64,000 nucleotides of DNA from Octopus vulgaris (Eukaryota), in contig OX597822.1 of NCBI GenBank assembly GCA_951406725.2, positions 98,146,001 to 98,210,000 on the forward strand, given 5' to 3'. Shown in pieces: positions 12,068 to 28,835 of the stretch. Under the pieces are notes generated by a model that saw nothing but the letters and a program-made list of their open reading frames with translations, was not told the DNA's origin and did not search any database. Position 1 is the first letter of the stretch; every line of letters begins with the position of its first letter. Position numbers and translations under genes: made by a program.

Positions 12068-12200
12068 TAATCACTGGCTATTATATTAGTTGATGTTGAA
12101 ATTTTAACAAATCTGTTACTTATTACCCTTATCCCTGATATTGCATATATAAACAAGATATTTACATTTATGAACAATATACTGTAGAACGGTATAGCAA

Positions 12201-12249
<49 letters not shown>

Positions 12250-12629
12250 TGAGTGAGTGAGTGCAGGTTTGCGTGATTTCATTTAGTTCCTGTTTAAAAG
12301 AAATGGTCTAATGGTTAAATATTTATTTCTATCCTCTCAGTTCACGAGGTGACATAAAAGATGAAATATCAGCTTTCGATGAGATCAACGTTACCAGAAG
12401 CATGGTATGGAGTGTAAGTATAAAATCATTCAAAAGGTGGACGATTCGTAGCTTTAGAGTGTGTAACAAATTCGCTTGCTCTAAACATTCCGTCTCTCTA
12501 TCCTCTCAGTTCAAATACCACTGAGTTCAACTTTGTTTCCCCTTTTCTCTGTTCACGGCACACTCACGCATAAGTGTTAAATTATATTGCGAATACAATG
12601 AACGATAAAAGAGATATGACAACACAGGT

Positions 12630-13150
12630 ATGGGTTAAGTTGTAACACATAGTGTATTAACTTAATGCTCAAAAAGAAGATAAACTTTTAACGTTTCGGC
12701 TAGAAGTTCTTCGTCATAGGAAAGGATATATAAATTATTGATTGTCTAAGAAAGAAAATTAGATAATAAAAGTACCGTTGAGTGGTTTGAAGCCATGCTG
12801 GAATGTCGTTCTACGGGGAAAGTTAAGAAGGAAGGAGGTAATGAGAGTATTTATGTAGAAGTGTGCAAGTGTGGAGGTACTGAGGTATGGGTTAGTGAGG
12901 GTGTGCAGTGTTGGTGTGTGTTTAACACAATACAGTGTAAGTAAAGGACGGAAGTGAGGAGGTAGTAGCGGGTGCAACCAAAGGAAGGCAAGAGGCATGT
13001 GTGTGCAATGGTATACGCGTGTGACGTGGAAGAAATATAAGAGCAAAAGAAGAGAAATTGAGAAAAAAGGGTGAGTTTGTGAAAAGAAATGACTGAGAAG
13101 GAGGTAAAATTGGAGAAAAACACTGATGAAAAATTTTCTTTCTTCCGTGA
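12630..13150 (-). mobile_element. Non-coding pyrimidine/CA-skewed element ending in a degraded HHR-like motif (12686-12718)
   Basis: Minus strand: ATGACGA agaacttctagcc GAAA CG TT AAA, similar to the 36540-36574 motif; divergent inverted relative at 13660-14090. Confidence 0.45.
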
Positions 13151-13254
13151 CATAACACTTTACATCTCTACATGTACACGTACATTTTTACTATTTCTCT
13201 TACCTTTCTCTCTGCCTTACTTAAGCAATTTTCATTTACCATACTTAAGACACT

Positions 13255-13623
13255 GTGGAGGCGCAATGGCCCAGTGGTTAGGGCAGCGGACTCGCGGTCA
13301 TAGGATCGCAGTTTCGATTCCCAGACCGGGGGTTGTGAGTGTTTATTGAGCTAAAACACTTAAAGCTTCACGAGGCTCCGGCAGGGGATGGTGGCGAATC
13401 ACAACTTTCTCTCACTCTTACTTCTCGTTTCTGTTGTGTCTGTAATTCAATGGACCAGCCTTGTCACACTCTGTGTCACGTTGAATATGCCCGAGAACTA
13501 CGTTAAGAGTACACGCGTCTGTGGAGTGCTCAGCCATATGCACGTTAATTTCACGAGCAGGCTGTTCCGTTGATCGGATCAACTGGAACCCTCATCGTCG
13601 TAAGCGACGGAGTGCCAACAACA
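13255..13623 (+). mobile_element. SINE family A with 12-bp TSD and (CAA)n tail
   Basis: ACTTAAGACACT at 13243-13254 and 13624-13635. Confidence 0.92.
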
Positions 13624-14254
13624 ACTTAAGACACTACATTCTACACAACATTTCTGTAAGTAATTTTTTCTCCATTTTCTCTCTAATTTTTTTTATTGCT
13701 CTTCTTTTTTCCTTGAACTCTCAATTTTTTTCCCATTTTCGCCTCGTTTGTTTATAAATTTATTTCACGCCAGACCTTCTCAAGTTAATACTTGTGCCTA
13801 CATTTCTGTCAGAACCACTTGCCTTCCCGTTTACCCCAAACTCGCGCTCACTCTAACGTCCTAACTTCCACGCTCTACTCACACACAAACCAACGCTTCA
13901 CACTCGAGTAACACCCACCACAATAATTCTACACTTTACACATTTCTTCTCACCAATAAACACCCCAACAAACCACACTCACACCACTTGCCCAATATGC
14001 TAAAAACTCCATATACAAACATCCCACCCTCTCATTTCTTAATACCATCATAGAACAGCATTCCTATCTGGCAACCCGCCAGTTTTTTTTTTCTCTTCAT
14101 ATTCAAGTTTTCTAATTCCTTTCCTTTTAAGTGATATACAACAGAATATTTCTTAAACCTTGTTCCTCTTAGACATACATATTTGCAATCAGAGATAAAA
14201 ATATGCGCAGGCGCAAAGATGTTGATTTAGCATATTTGTCAAATATTGGAAACC

Positions 14255-14286
<32 letters not shown>

Positions 14287-14893
14287 TAATAATAATAATG
14301 AGGAGGACTTAAATCAAAACCATTGTCAACGTTAGTGATTACATATAGTTAACTATCTAAAGTGGGAAGAAAGGTATTTTAGAATATTGGTAATTTAAAC
14401 CAATGAGATATATAAACAATTGACAGAAGAACAAATAAACCGATTTTATCCAATATTGGAACCATCTGTAATTTTCTTAATAGATTCACATAGATTTTTT
14501 GACAGCAAGAATGGTAATATGTAAGTTTATAATTAAGTGCTAACAGAAGCAAATAATGAAATTGTGGTACTAGGTAAATGGAAACGAATTCTAACTGGCG
14601 TTCAGTATACTCTAGATATATTATTGATATTATATTATTGTTGCCTTATAACAACAAAGTATTATCATACGTTTGAAGAAATTTGGGTTTCTTTTCCCCT
14701 CCAAATTATCTTAGAGATTTCAGATTTCTTGAGAAACATAACACTTATGGGTAATGCACTTTAGAAATATTTACCAAAGGTAGCCCTGTTAACGAAAGTT
14801 AACGAAATCCCCTGCATAGAAATCTTTGTACCTAGCTTCACACTAAACTAACGAACACACACTCACTCACACACATATACACACACAAACAAA

Positions 14894-15305
14894 TTTATGC
14901 ATTGGCTTAAGTCTTTCTTTGTTTGATTTGCATAATAGTGGTGTTGTCTCTTATTTAATATAGTGGTTATTTATAATTGTTAAATTTCTAAATTTTAAAT
15001 AAATTATTTTATGTATTGGCTTAAGTCTTTCTTTGTTTGATTTGCATAATAGTGGTGTTGGCTCTTATTTAATATAGTGGTTATTTATAATTGTTAAATT
15101 TCTAAATTTTAAATAAATTATTTTATGTATTGGCTTAAGTCTTTCTTTGTTTGATTTGTATAATAGTGGTGTTGTCTCTTATTTAATATAGTGGTTATTT
15201 ATAATTGTTAAATTTCTAAATTTTAAATAAATTATTTTATGTATTGGCTTAAGTCTTTCTTTGTTTGATTTGCATAATAGTGGTTTTGTCTCTAATTTAA
15301 TATAA
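14894..15305. repeat. 114-bp tandem repeat, ~3.5 units
   Basis: ATTGGCTTAAG at 14901, 15015, 15129 and 15243; single inverted relative at 33157-33227. Confidence 0.92.
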
Positions 15306-15402
15306 TATAATATTTTACTATAAAATTGGATTCAATCCTAAATCTGATTTTTCCCTGTAAATTTGTATTTATTCCCTAATATTTATTATTATACACACAT
15401 AT

Positions 15403-15502
15403 NNNNNNNNNNNNNNNNNNNNNNNNNNNNNNNNNNNNNNNNNNNNNNNNNNNNNNNNNNNNNNNNNNNNNNNNNNNNNNNNNNNNNNNNNNNNNNNNNN
15501 NN
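15403..15502. other. Assembly gap (100 N)
   Basis: Run of N. Confidence 1.
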
Positions 15503-15521
15503 TAAGTCTTTCTTTGTTTGA

Positions 15522-15935
15522 TTTTTTCCTTGAACTCTCAATTTTTTTCCCATTTTCGCCTCGTTTGTTTATAAATTTATTTCACGCCAGACCTTCTCAT
15601 AGTTAATACTTGTGCCTACATTTTCTGTCAGAACCACTTGCCTTCCCGTTTACCCCAAACTCGCGCTCACTCTCTAACGTCCTAACTTCCACGCTCTACT
15701 CACACACAAACCAACGCTTCACACTCGGGTAACACCCACCACAATAATTCTACACTTTACACATTTCTTCTCACCAATAAACACCCCAACAAACCACACT
15801 CACACCACTTGCCCAATATGCTAAAAACTCCATATACAAACATCCCACCCTCTCATTTCTTAATACCATCATAGAACAGCATTCCTATCTGGCAACCCAG
15901 TATTTTTTTCTCTTCATATTCAAGTTTTCTAATTC
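15522..15935 (+). repeat. Near-identical direct duplicate of ~13705-14118 beside the gap
   Basis: Same sequence apart from a few indels and substitutions. Confidence 0.9.
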
Positions 15936-20424
<4,489 letters not shown>

Positions 20425-20580
20425 ATTTTACTTCGTTTTTGGATTTGGTTTGCAACATTCTTTATGTGAGATCGTGCGTTTAAACATATTCTGTTGTGTC
20501 TGGGGAAAGTCATTCTCTTTTGGTGCCTTATAATTTAACACACTCACCTGTAAAATTTCCTATCTCTCTTTTTTATCTTT

Positions 20581-20617
20581 CTAAAATTTTCGTTGCGTCT
20601 AGCAACCTTTTCAATAG
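20581..20617 (-). ncRNA. Minimal hammerhead-like motif, U3-A8 core variant
   Basis: CTA TTGAAAA g GTTGC-tagac-GCAAC GAAA AT TT TAG: 3-bp stem I, 5-bp stem II, palindromic AAATTT stem III; located where a Penelope pLTR is expected. Confidence 0.62.
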
Positions 20618-21344
20618 TTTTGACTGTTCGTTACGCACACTGCGTTCCTTTTTGTTCGTTTGTGTGCATGTATGTGGATCAGTGTGTGTGTGTGTTTGTG
20701 CCTGTACATACATGCATGTATGTGTGTGTTCCTATACTTGCATGTCTTATGTATGTATGCATGTGTGTATACATGTATGTGTGTGCATATGTATATATAT
20801 ATATATATATGTGTGTACGTTTCTATGTATGTATTCTCCATATTCATGCGTTCGCATGTCCGTATTTGTGTTTTCATCCATGTGTGTGTGTGTGTGTGTA
20901 TGTGTGCGTATCTGTGTTTGTATATGTGTGTGTGTGTACCTCTGTCTCCTTGTGTGTGCATGTGCGTATGTGTGTGTAATTTTGCAACTATGTACCGTGT
21001 TTGTATGAATGGATGCGCATCTCCATATGTGTGGACACATGTCTCCATATGTGTCCTTGTGTGAAGTAAAATGTGTGTGTATATATAGTTATGTGTTTCA
21101 GTCTTCATTTGCGTATGTGTGCTTGTCTGTTCATATAACCTATGTACCTATCCGTCTGTATGTTGATCTGTTTATTTTCATATCCATATGCTTACATACA
21201 TGTGCATATACATATACTACCCCCATACATACATCTATCTATATAACAGCCTACTAACTATTCTACTCTACCTGTGTAAACTGTGGGTATGGGGGTATGA
21301 TATCTACTATGTATATTTCCTATTTAGTATTGGGGAAGTTTCAT

Positions 21345-24300
21345 TTATAAGGACGTACTCCCGTATTTGTCTGAGTGTTGGGATTTTGGGTGCTTGGATA
21401 AGATGCGGATGTCAAGTTGACCCAGGTTGCCTCCATGATGGTCTTTGGCATGTTGGTAGAGTATGGAGGACTGTTTTTTGTCGTCATATTGTCTCTGATG
21501 ATCATTTAGTCGTTCCGCTATGCTTCGAGATGTCTCCCCTAAGTATGTCATGTTCATGTCTTTACAAGCACCTTCTATGCATCTTATGCTGTAAACTACA
21601 TTTCTAGTTCTACAGTTAATGCCAGGGCTAATCCTACATACCATGCAGTTATCATTGGTGCATATGGTATTCTTAAAGGAGTACGTCCTACATAGTTGTG
21701 ATCTGACGGAGTTCCCTGGCTTTTCAACAATCTTAATGTTGAGTTTGGTCTCCTTCAGAGCTTTTCTAAATCTACGGGCTAGTTCTCCATGGGCTGTGGC
21801 CTCTACAAACATCACTCCTTGATATTTGTCGGTTTTATACCACAGGTTCATCCTGTTTGCTTTGTCACAAGTTACTTGTATCCTATCCCAGTCTTTGTTT
21901 CTATATCTAGGGCAGGTACCACTGGTATCATTACGTATAATGTTGTCTAATTTCTTTCTAGCCCCACTGTATACTCGAACCCTATCTTTCTGATCATATC
22001 CAGAGAACTGCATGTGGTGCATGAAGTTCTGTATATGTTTTTTCATTTCATAGGGTTCGCATTGTGGGGACACATTGTTCATTATTCTAACAAAGTCTGC
22101 TATTAGTATGTTAATTTTCATGTTGTGTGACAAAGCTGAGTTCTTGTGAACAACATATTTTGAAGCTATGGGTTTCATGTAATAGGAGTGGAGGAGCTGC
22201 ACTCTACTGTTCACAGTCTCTAACCAAAGTTCAGTATCAAGTACAGGAAGTCTATTGTTGGGGTGCTTAGTGGGGTAATCTATAGTTACCTTGATACTTT
22301 GGTGGATGGAGTTAGCTATTTGCTGGATGCTCTCCATTACGTTCTTCTCAGTTTCTACACAACCATCACTAGAGTTGGTCCTAACTATGATATTAATGTC
22401 ATCTACATATCGTCTGTAGAGCAGAGGGGCTGTGGACTGTTCTGCTAACATTTGCTTAAGTTTTCCGTCCCACCAGGTCATGAAGAGGTCGGCCATATCT
22501 CCAGATACACCAACACCGATGGTTTCACACTGAAACTGCATGTATTGTTTTTATTAAACTTTACTATGTGGTTCTTCACACTGGCCCCTATTGCATGTGC
22601 AATCATTTCTTTCACCTGATTGTTGTTCTCAGGGTCTTGGGTGGGTATGGTCCAGCCATTCCAGCACTCTGTGGTGCTTTTCTTCATTGGTGAAGTGATG
22701 GTGGGTGGTCTTCCCCTCTGTGGCCTGGTGGGTGCAGAATCTACTGAGGTCATGGTCATCTAAATAGTCACTGAGGAGGAGGTCCAGTTCCCTCTTGTTG
22801 ACCTTACAGAACTCCACGTCACTCTCACAGATTACCTGAATGTATTTATCCACAGCAAAATCTGTCAATAGATGGGTAGAGTGAAATCACATCCATACTA
22901 CCCACGACACAATCTGTGAGGTCGTTGGAATGGTTGCAAGGACTGATTTTACTGAGATCTTCCATGCTCACACAGACACCTGGAGACATTGCTATGAGAG
23001 GCCATAACACCTGTGAGAGGAAGTAGGACAGTCTAATAGTTGCTGGAGATATTCGCTCCACAAACTGGTCTGGTTGGGGGACCCATGACAGGGTTTATGT
23101 AGGGTTTGTGGTCTTTGCGTAACCCGTATAGTGTAGGAACATCATTGTTGGATGCTTGGAAATGGTGTGCCGTCCTTTTGATTGGTTGGAGTACGTTGCA
23201 CCACATTCCCATGTATGCATTGAGGAGTTTTTCCACTCTTTCATGTTCCTGTGGTGCAACTTCTCTCATGCTACTGATGTGTTGTCGCATGATCTGGGCA
23301 TAGTTCTGTGGGTTATCTATTGACAGTCTGCCAGACTTGTCCGTAAGGAGGTACACTAATTCTCTGTCCCTAATTCGCTGTTTCAGTTTTTGTAGGCCTT
23401 TGTCAAAAGATGGACTGATTTAATGGATCCCCTCCTCACTGTGTTTTTTAGTGGATTTGTTGTATCGGTGTAAGATATGGCGGGGTCTATTTGTATCTAA
23501 GAAGATCTTTGCTTTTGTTTCACTGTCAATTTGGGGTGAGATACATAACATTTTGTTAAAGGGTAAGTCTGTGGGGTAGATCCTTGTCATAAGATTTCTT
23601 GCTAGAGTTATAGAAGACAGAGTGTAGAGTGTTATTATCGTTCTGGCTGTTGTTGTTATAGTTACTGGCATTGTTGTTGTTGTTGCTGGTGGCAGTGCTT
23701 GTGCTGTGCCTATTGTTGTCATTGTTGGTAGTGGTGTGGAGGATGTGGTTGGTGTTGTTGTCCGTGTGTGGGATGTTGTTGTTACTGTTGCTATCATCAT
23801 TGATACTGTTGTTGTTATTATAACAGTTGTTTCTATTTCGAACGCTTGTGTTGTTGTTATAGTTGGCTGAGTAAGGAATGTTGTTGTTGTTGTTGTTGTT
23901 ATTGTTATTGCCACTATTGTTGTTGTCATCAACACTGCTATTGTTATTTTGTTTTTTTCTTATGTTTCTGTTGTTGTTGTATTGTCCTAACCTCCATCTT
24001 AATTTTAAGAACGTTTTTTCAATCTCAGATAGGCAATCAATTTTTCTGACCTTTTTATACGTAGCGAATTTTGGTGGCAACTCTAAAGCGTGCATTTCAT
24101 CTGTATCTAGCTGTACTGAACCAAATATTGCAGAGGTGTAATTGATGTTGATGTTGATTGTGGTAATGTTTTCCGGTGTCCTGGCGTTGAAGTCCTCTGG
24201 TAGTTAACATTCTGACATGACAATCCCGTCGATATTGTTTGGGTATTTGTAATGATTCCTACCATGCTGGGAACGTTGTTGTTGCTATTTCATCCACTTG

Positions 24301-25102
24301 AGTTTATCGTTGAAGTGTTTGTTACAGGTATGGTTAACTCGGCGATATTCTTGGGTGGGAGGCGCAATGGCCCAGTGGTTAGTGCAGCGGACTCGCGGTC
24401 ATAGGATCGCGGTTTCGATTCCCAGACCGGGCGTTGTGAGTGTTTATTGAGCGAAAACACCTAAAAGTTCCATGAGGCTCCGGCAGGGGATCCCTGCTGT
24501 GCTCTTTCACCACAACTTTCTCTCACTCTTACTTCCTGTTTCTGTTGTACCTGTATTTCAAAGGGCCGACCTTGTCATTTTCTGTGTCACGCTGAATATC
24601 CCCGAGAACTACGTTAAGGGTACACGTGTCTGTGGAGTGCTCAGCCACCTACACGTTAATTTCACGAGCAGTCTGTTCCGTTGATTCGGATCAACCGGAA
24701 CCCTCGTCGCCGTAACCGACGGAGTGCTTCCATTCATTCTTGGGTGTTTGTCATGAACCTGTCTCTTTCGTGTCGAGTAGTGGTGTTTTTTAGTTCATGC
24801 AGCAGGAATGTGTCACGTTTTTGGTACGGGTTGATTTCTGTGTGTATTTTCTTTTTCGTGTTTTGTAACATCGTGTGTTTTAGTTTTCTTGATTGATGTT
24901 CTGAGAGTCCTAGCCGTTTGATAGAAGAATTGACACATTTTGTGTATAGCTTGGAGGAGATGCATGTTTTAATGAAGTGGAGCTGCCGGGTAGCTATCTT
25001 GATTTCTATACAGCACACGGTGTTTCTCAGCGTCTTGCTAGCTTGGGCAAAGCTTATTTTATTTCGTTTTTGGATTTGGTTTGCAAGATTCTTCATGTGC
25101 AT
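21345..25102 (-). pseudogene. Frameshifted Penelope RT + GIY-YIG endonuclease ORF
   Basis: TDKSGR, LYGLRKDHK..PPTRPV, GSMDVISLYPSI, YRRYVDDI, LPVLD, C-x4-C-x2-C linker, NVVYSIRC...YLGETSRSIAERLNDH; interrupted by an (AAC)n expansion and a SINE. Confidence 0.9.
24358..24735 (+). mobile_element. SINE family A nested in the Penelope ORF, 11-bp TSD
   Basis: ATTCTTGGGTG at 24347-24357 and 24736-24746. Confidence 0.93.
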
Positions 25103-25139
25103 TCTTGTGTTAAAGCATATTCTGTTGTGTATTGTAGTT

Positions 25140-25625
25140 CTTAATCAATGACTCGCATGTTTCTATAGGAATCCCCCCCCCATTCTTCTTGACAAATTTT
25201 CTTCAAATCTGCAATGCACGTTGGGGCTCTTGAATGAATTTTAATTTTCAAATAACGCTACAAATTTTCAATGGGGTTCAAGTCAAGTCACTGGCTTGGC
25301 CATTCTAATAATTTTATATTGTGATCGACAATCCATTTTTGGTAGACTTCGCCGTCTGCTTAGGGTCGTTATCTTGTGGTAAAACCTACCCTTCAGAAAG
25401 CTGGAGCTTTTCTACAGAGTCCCATAAATTATTGTTCAAAATATTTTGGTACATCTCTGCATCCATTCTACCGTCTATCACATGTAAATTGCCAGTACCA
25501 TTTGCAGAGAAACACCCCAACACCATGATGTTGCCACCTCCAAACTTTACGGTAGGAATTGTGTTTTTCGACGAATAGGAGTTACCATCTTTCCTCCGAA
25601 CATGGCTACGCGAATTTGGTCCAAA
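25140..25625 (-). mobile_element. Tc1-family transposase fragment (DDE domain C-half)
   Basis: [43 protein letters not shown]; stops present. Confidence 0.9.
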
Positions 25626-25637
25626 CAATAAGCCAGG

Positions 25638-25930
25638 CACTTATTCTATCAGCCTCTTTTCGAACCGCTAAGGTGCATGAGCATAAATACACCAATACCC
25701 TTATCAAGCAGTGGTGGAACGTACACAAACATACACGCAGACACACATACACACACACACACGTGTATATATACATACGATGGGCTTCTTTCAGTTTCTG
25801 TCTACCAAATGCAATCACAAGGATTTAGTAGGTCCGTGGCTTTAGAACAAGGCACTTGCTCAAGGCGTCATGCAGGGAAACTGAACCCGGTTGGGAAACA
25901 AGCTTTTTACCACACAGCAACGCTGCTGCT
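25638..25930 (-). mobile_element. Degraded SINE family B
   Basis: ggcttctttcagtttctgtctaccaaat..cacaagg core. Confidence 0.75.
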
Positions 25931-26735
25931 TACATCCTAATGTTCACCTACATATGGCGTGTATATCATAACTAGTAACATTACTCAGTACAGTGGTACG
26001 TTGATCACTACAGTGGAAGCTGACTGGATAATGATATATAACTGCACACACAAGGTATGACTGGATGTAGATAGATGGATGTGCCGGCACACACACACAC
26101 ACACACACACATTGAAAGAAACCAATGTGTTAATACTTGAGACCCAATTCTTAACTCATTTTATCATGCTTTTGTGTAGTTTGAGTTGGCAGACAGTCTA
26201 CCTTTACACTCTAGCGTTAAGACGGTTAACTTCTAGTTTTGCAACGCTCACTTCACTTAGCTATCTAGTGAAGAATCTTAAATGATAGAACGAACAGTAA
26301 TTCTTAAGTTACTCCCATTCATCCATTTTGTATAGTTTTCGTAGAAATGTTTTCAAAGTATAATTATAAAAGAAAGAACGTAGATAACGCATATTAGCGT
26401 ATCTTAAACTAATTTTTAACGCTAAGTGCCGCGCTGTTGGCAATTAACGTTTTTTGAGAATATAGAAGACAAACGCGATAAACAATAATGTGCACACAAA
26501 AATTACACCATAAAATGAAAACAATAAACAATTAGATACAGTTAATCTACAGTTAATTTCATTTCTAATTAAATTTGTTGATTAGGTAGCATCAGATAAG
26601 TTGCAGAAAATATAGAGAACTCTAAAATTTTACATACATTTCTTCTAATCTATAAACGATTTTTTTTTATAGCGTAGAGAAAAAGAATACTCGAAAACAT
26701 ATACGAGTCGTTGTATGCTTATACATGCGTGTGTA

Positions 26736-26910
26736 TTTCTCTTTTACTTGTTTCAGTCGTTGGATCGCGGCCATGCTGAAGCTTCGCCTTGAAATATTTA
26801 GCGGAAGAAAACGAGCCAACACAAGTTGTCAGGCGATGGTGGGAGACAAAATAAAAACACACATACATATACACGTACCCACGCACATCTCTGTCTTTCT
26901 CTCTCTCTCT

Positions 26911-26979
<69 letters not shown>

Positions 26980-27115
26980 GCAGGCTTCCAGATAGTTTCC
27001 ATCTATAAAAATTACCTACAAGGTATTAATCAGCCCTGGGTTATAGTGGAAGACACTGCCTGACATGCCGTCCTGGCAGTTAAACTGAAATGACGTGGTT
27101 ATTACAAAGTGAGCT

Positions 27116-27117
<2 letters not shown>
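26736..27117 (-). mobile_element. Degraded SINE family B
   Basis: Tail cttttacttgtttcagtc..gcggccatgctg and internal (TA)n. Confidence 0.7.
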
Positions 27118-27181
<64 letters not shown>

Positions 27182-27313
27182 TGTGTGTGTGTGTGTGTGT
27201 ACGTGCATATATATGTATGTATATATATATACATATGTGTGTGTATATATATATAAATATATATGTGTGCATATATATACATATATATATGTGTGTGTGC
27301 GTATATACATATA

Positions 27314-27355
<42 letters not shown>

Positions 27356-27369
27356 CGTATATACATATA

Positions 27370-27412
<43 letters not shown>

Positions 27413-27423
27413 ATATACATATA

Positions 27424-27479
<56 letters not shown>

Positions 27480-27534
27480 TATATGCATATATACATACAT
27501 ATATGTACGTACCTACCTCTACATGTATATATAC

Positions 27535-28186
27535 ATGGTATATGGGTACAGGACCAAAAAAACGTCGAACACAATGAGAAACGAAAACATAAACACAAAA
27601 CCAATGAACTGGACATTTTTCTTAAACAACGAAAAAATAGACTACAGGACAAATAACACAAGGAAAATTCCCCTTCTTCAGTCGCCATGGTTTCATCTCT
27701 TCTGCGTTTCGAAGGTGAAGGCGATACGCATCTTCAATTGAAACTTTCCTTCCCGCGAAAAGCAAATTAAATAAAATTTGAGATCTTTTGGCGGAATGGT
27801 AAAAATGGTAACAAAAACAGGACAGTAACGACAGTACAAAATATAAACAGTAAAAGACAGGACAAGGAGAACAACAAGACAAGAAGAGCTGTTAAACCGA
27901 ACGAGATAAAGTATTACGAACGCTACATTTGAAAACGGCGAAGGAGCAACAGAAAATGCCGTCTACACTTGAAGGAAGCCAGGTCACAAAGACAGTAGCA
28001 GAGCTCTCGTCGCGGCTCAAAGACGGGAGGGAGGAGGAGGAGTAAGAGAAAGGGAGAGAAAAAAAGCGAATAGTTGTAGAGAAAACCAGAAAGAATGAAG
28101 TGTCTTTCTGATCTGGCTTCCTTCAAGTGTAGACGGCATTTCTGTGGCTCCTTCGCCGTTCTCAAATATAGCGTTCGTAATACTTA
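27535..28186. mobile_element. TA-flanked non-coding element with a terminal ~75-bp inverted duplication
   Basis: 27910-27983 is the near-perfect reverse complement of 28113-28186. Confidence 0.6.
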
Positions 28187-28224
28187 CATATATAATATAT
28201 ATGTCAAATATATATGATATATAA

Positions 28225-28271
<47 letters not shown>

Positions 28272-28324
28272 ATATATTATATATATAATATATATGTATA
28301 ATACATATATTTATAATATATATT

Positions 28325-28508
28325 TATTTTGTTTTATTTTTATTTTATTTTATCTAGTTTCAGCTCACGAGCTGTGACCATGCTGGGGCACCGCCATTTG
28401 GTGTTGCTACATGATTTTACTTCACGAATGCTTTTTAGCAATTGCCATTTGGTGCATGAGAGAGTTCGATGCAGCTGCCCTCATCTGCACCCCCTGTCGT
28501 GAAGTTGA
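28325..28508 (-). mobile_element. CR1/L2-group LINE 3' end
   Basis: Reverse complement matches 53085-53228 (CACGACAGG..CAGATG.GGGCAGC.GCATCGAACTC; GGTGCCCCAGCATGG..GCTGAAAC); (TAAAA)n tail. Confidence 0.75.
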
Positions 28509-28835
28509 ATGTAGATATATATGATGTATATATAATATACATATATACGAGAGCATACCAATATTTTGTTGTCGTATAGTACAGGGATATTATATGCACT
28601 TACTAATAATCTACTGGATAAATTCTAGCTATTACCGGTGACTACTCAGTGCTACATGCTTGTCCCCACATGGTAGTATTACCATGTATTGATAATTTTC
28701 TTGTGGATTTTATTGTAACCGCTCTGTACACTCAGTTTATTATTATAGCTTTATATTGGGTAATTTTTCTCTGTAAAATTAAAAATTCAGTTCATCACGA
28801 TACAGAGTAAATGCTATTTAATACTCAAAAGTGTC

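Larger units (their letters stand above)
11301..12080 (-). mobile_element. Non-coding element bracketed by two direct-repeat hammerhead motifs (retrozyme-like or Penelope pLTR-derived), interrupted by a SINE
   Basis: 53-bp terminal direct repeat (11301-11353 vs 12028-12080, 6 mismatches) containing the HHR core; partial third copy at 4538-4721. Confidence 0.75.
20425..25140 (-). mobile_element. Penelope-like element (Neptune-like), degraded, with pLTR/tail
   Basis: RT and GIY-YIG ORF fragments; the N-terminal segment (KN.ANQIQKR.KI) occurs at both 25057-25130 and 20426-20500 as a divergent direct repeat; HHR-like motif at 20581. Confidence 0.85.

Noticed and set aside
14894-15305. Regularly spaced repeats resembling a CRISPR array (also 5090-5900 and 29340-29790)
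   Set aside because: Units repeat in full with no unique spacers; eukaryotic context; no cas genes
15522-15935. Apparent segmental duplication of 13705-14118
   Set aside because: Abuts a 100-N gap and differs mainly by small indels; more likely a contig overlap or haplotype artefact
27660-27745. Minus-strand GAAA...CTGAAGA arrangement suggesting a type II hammerhead
   Set aside because: Could not build convincing stems I and III; a family consensus would be needed
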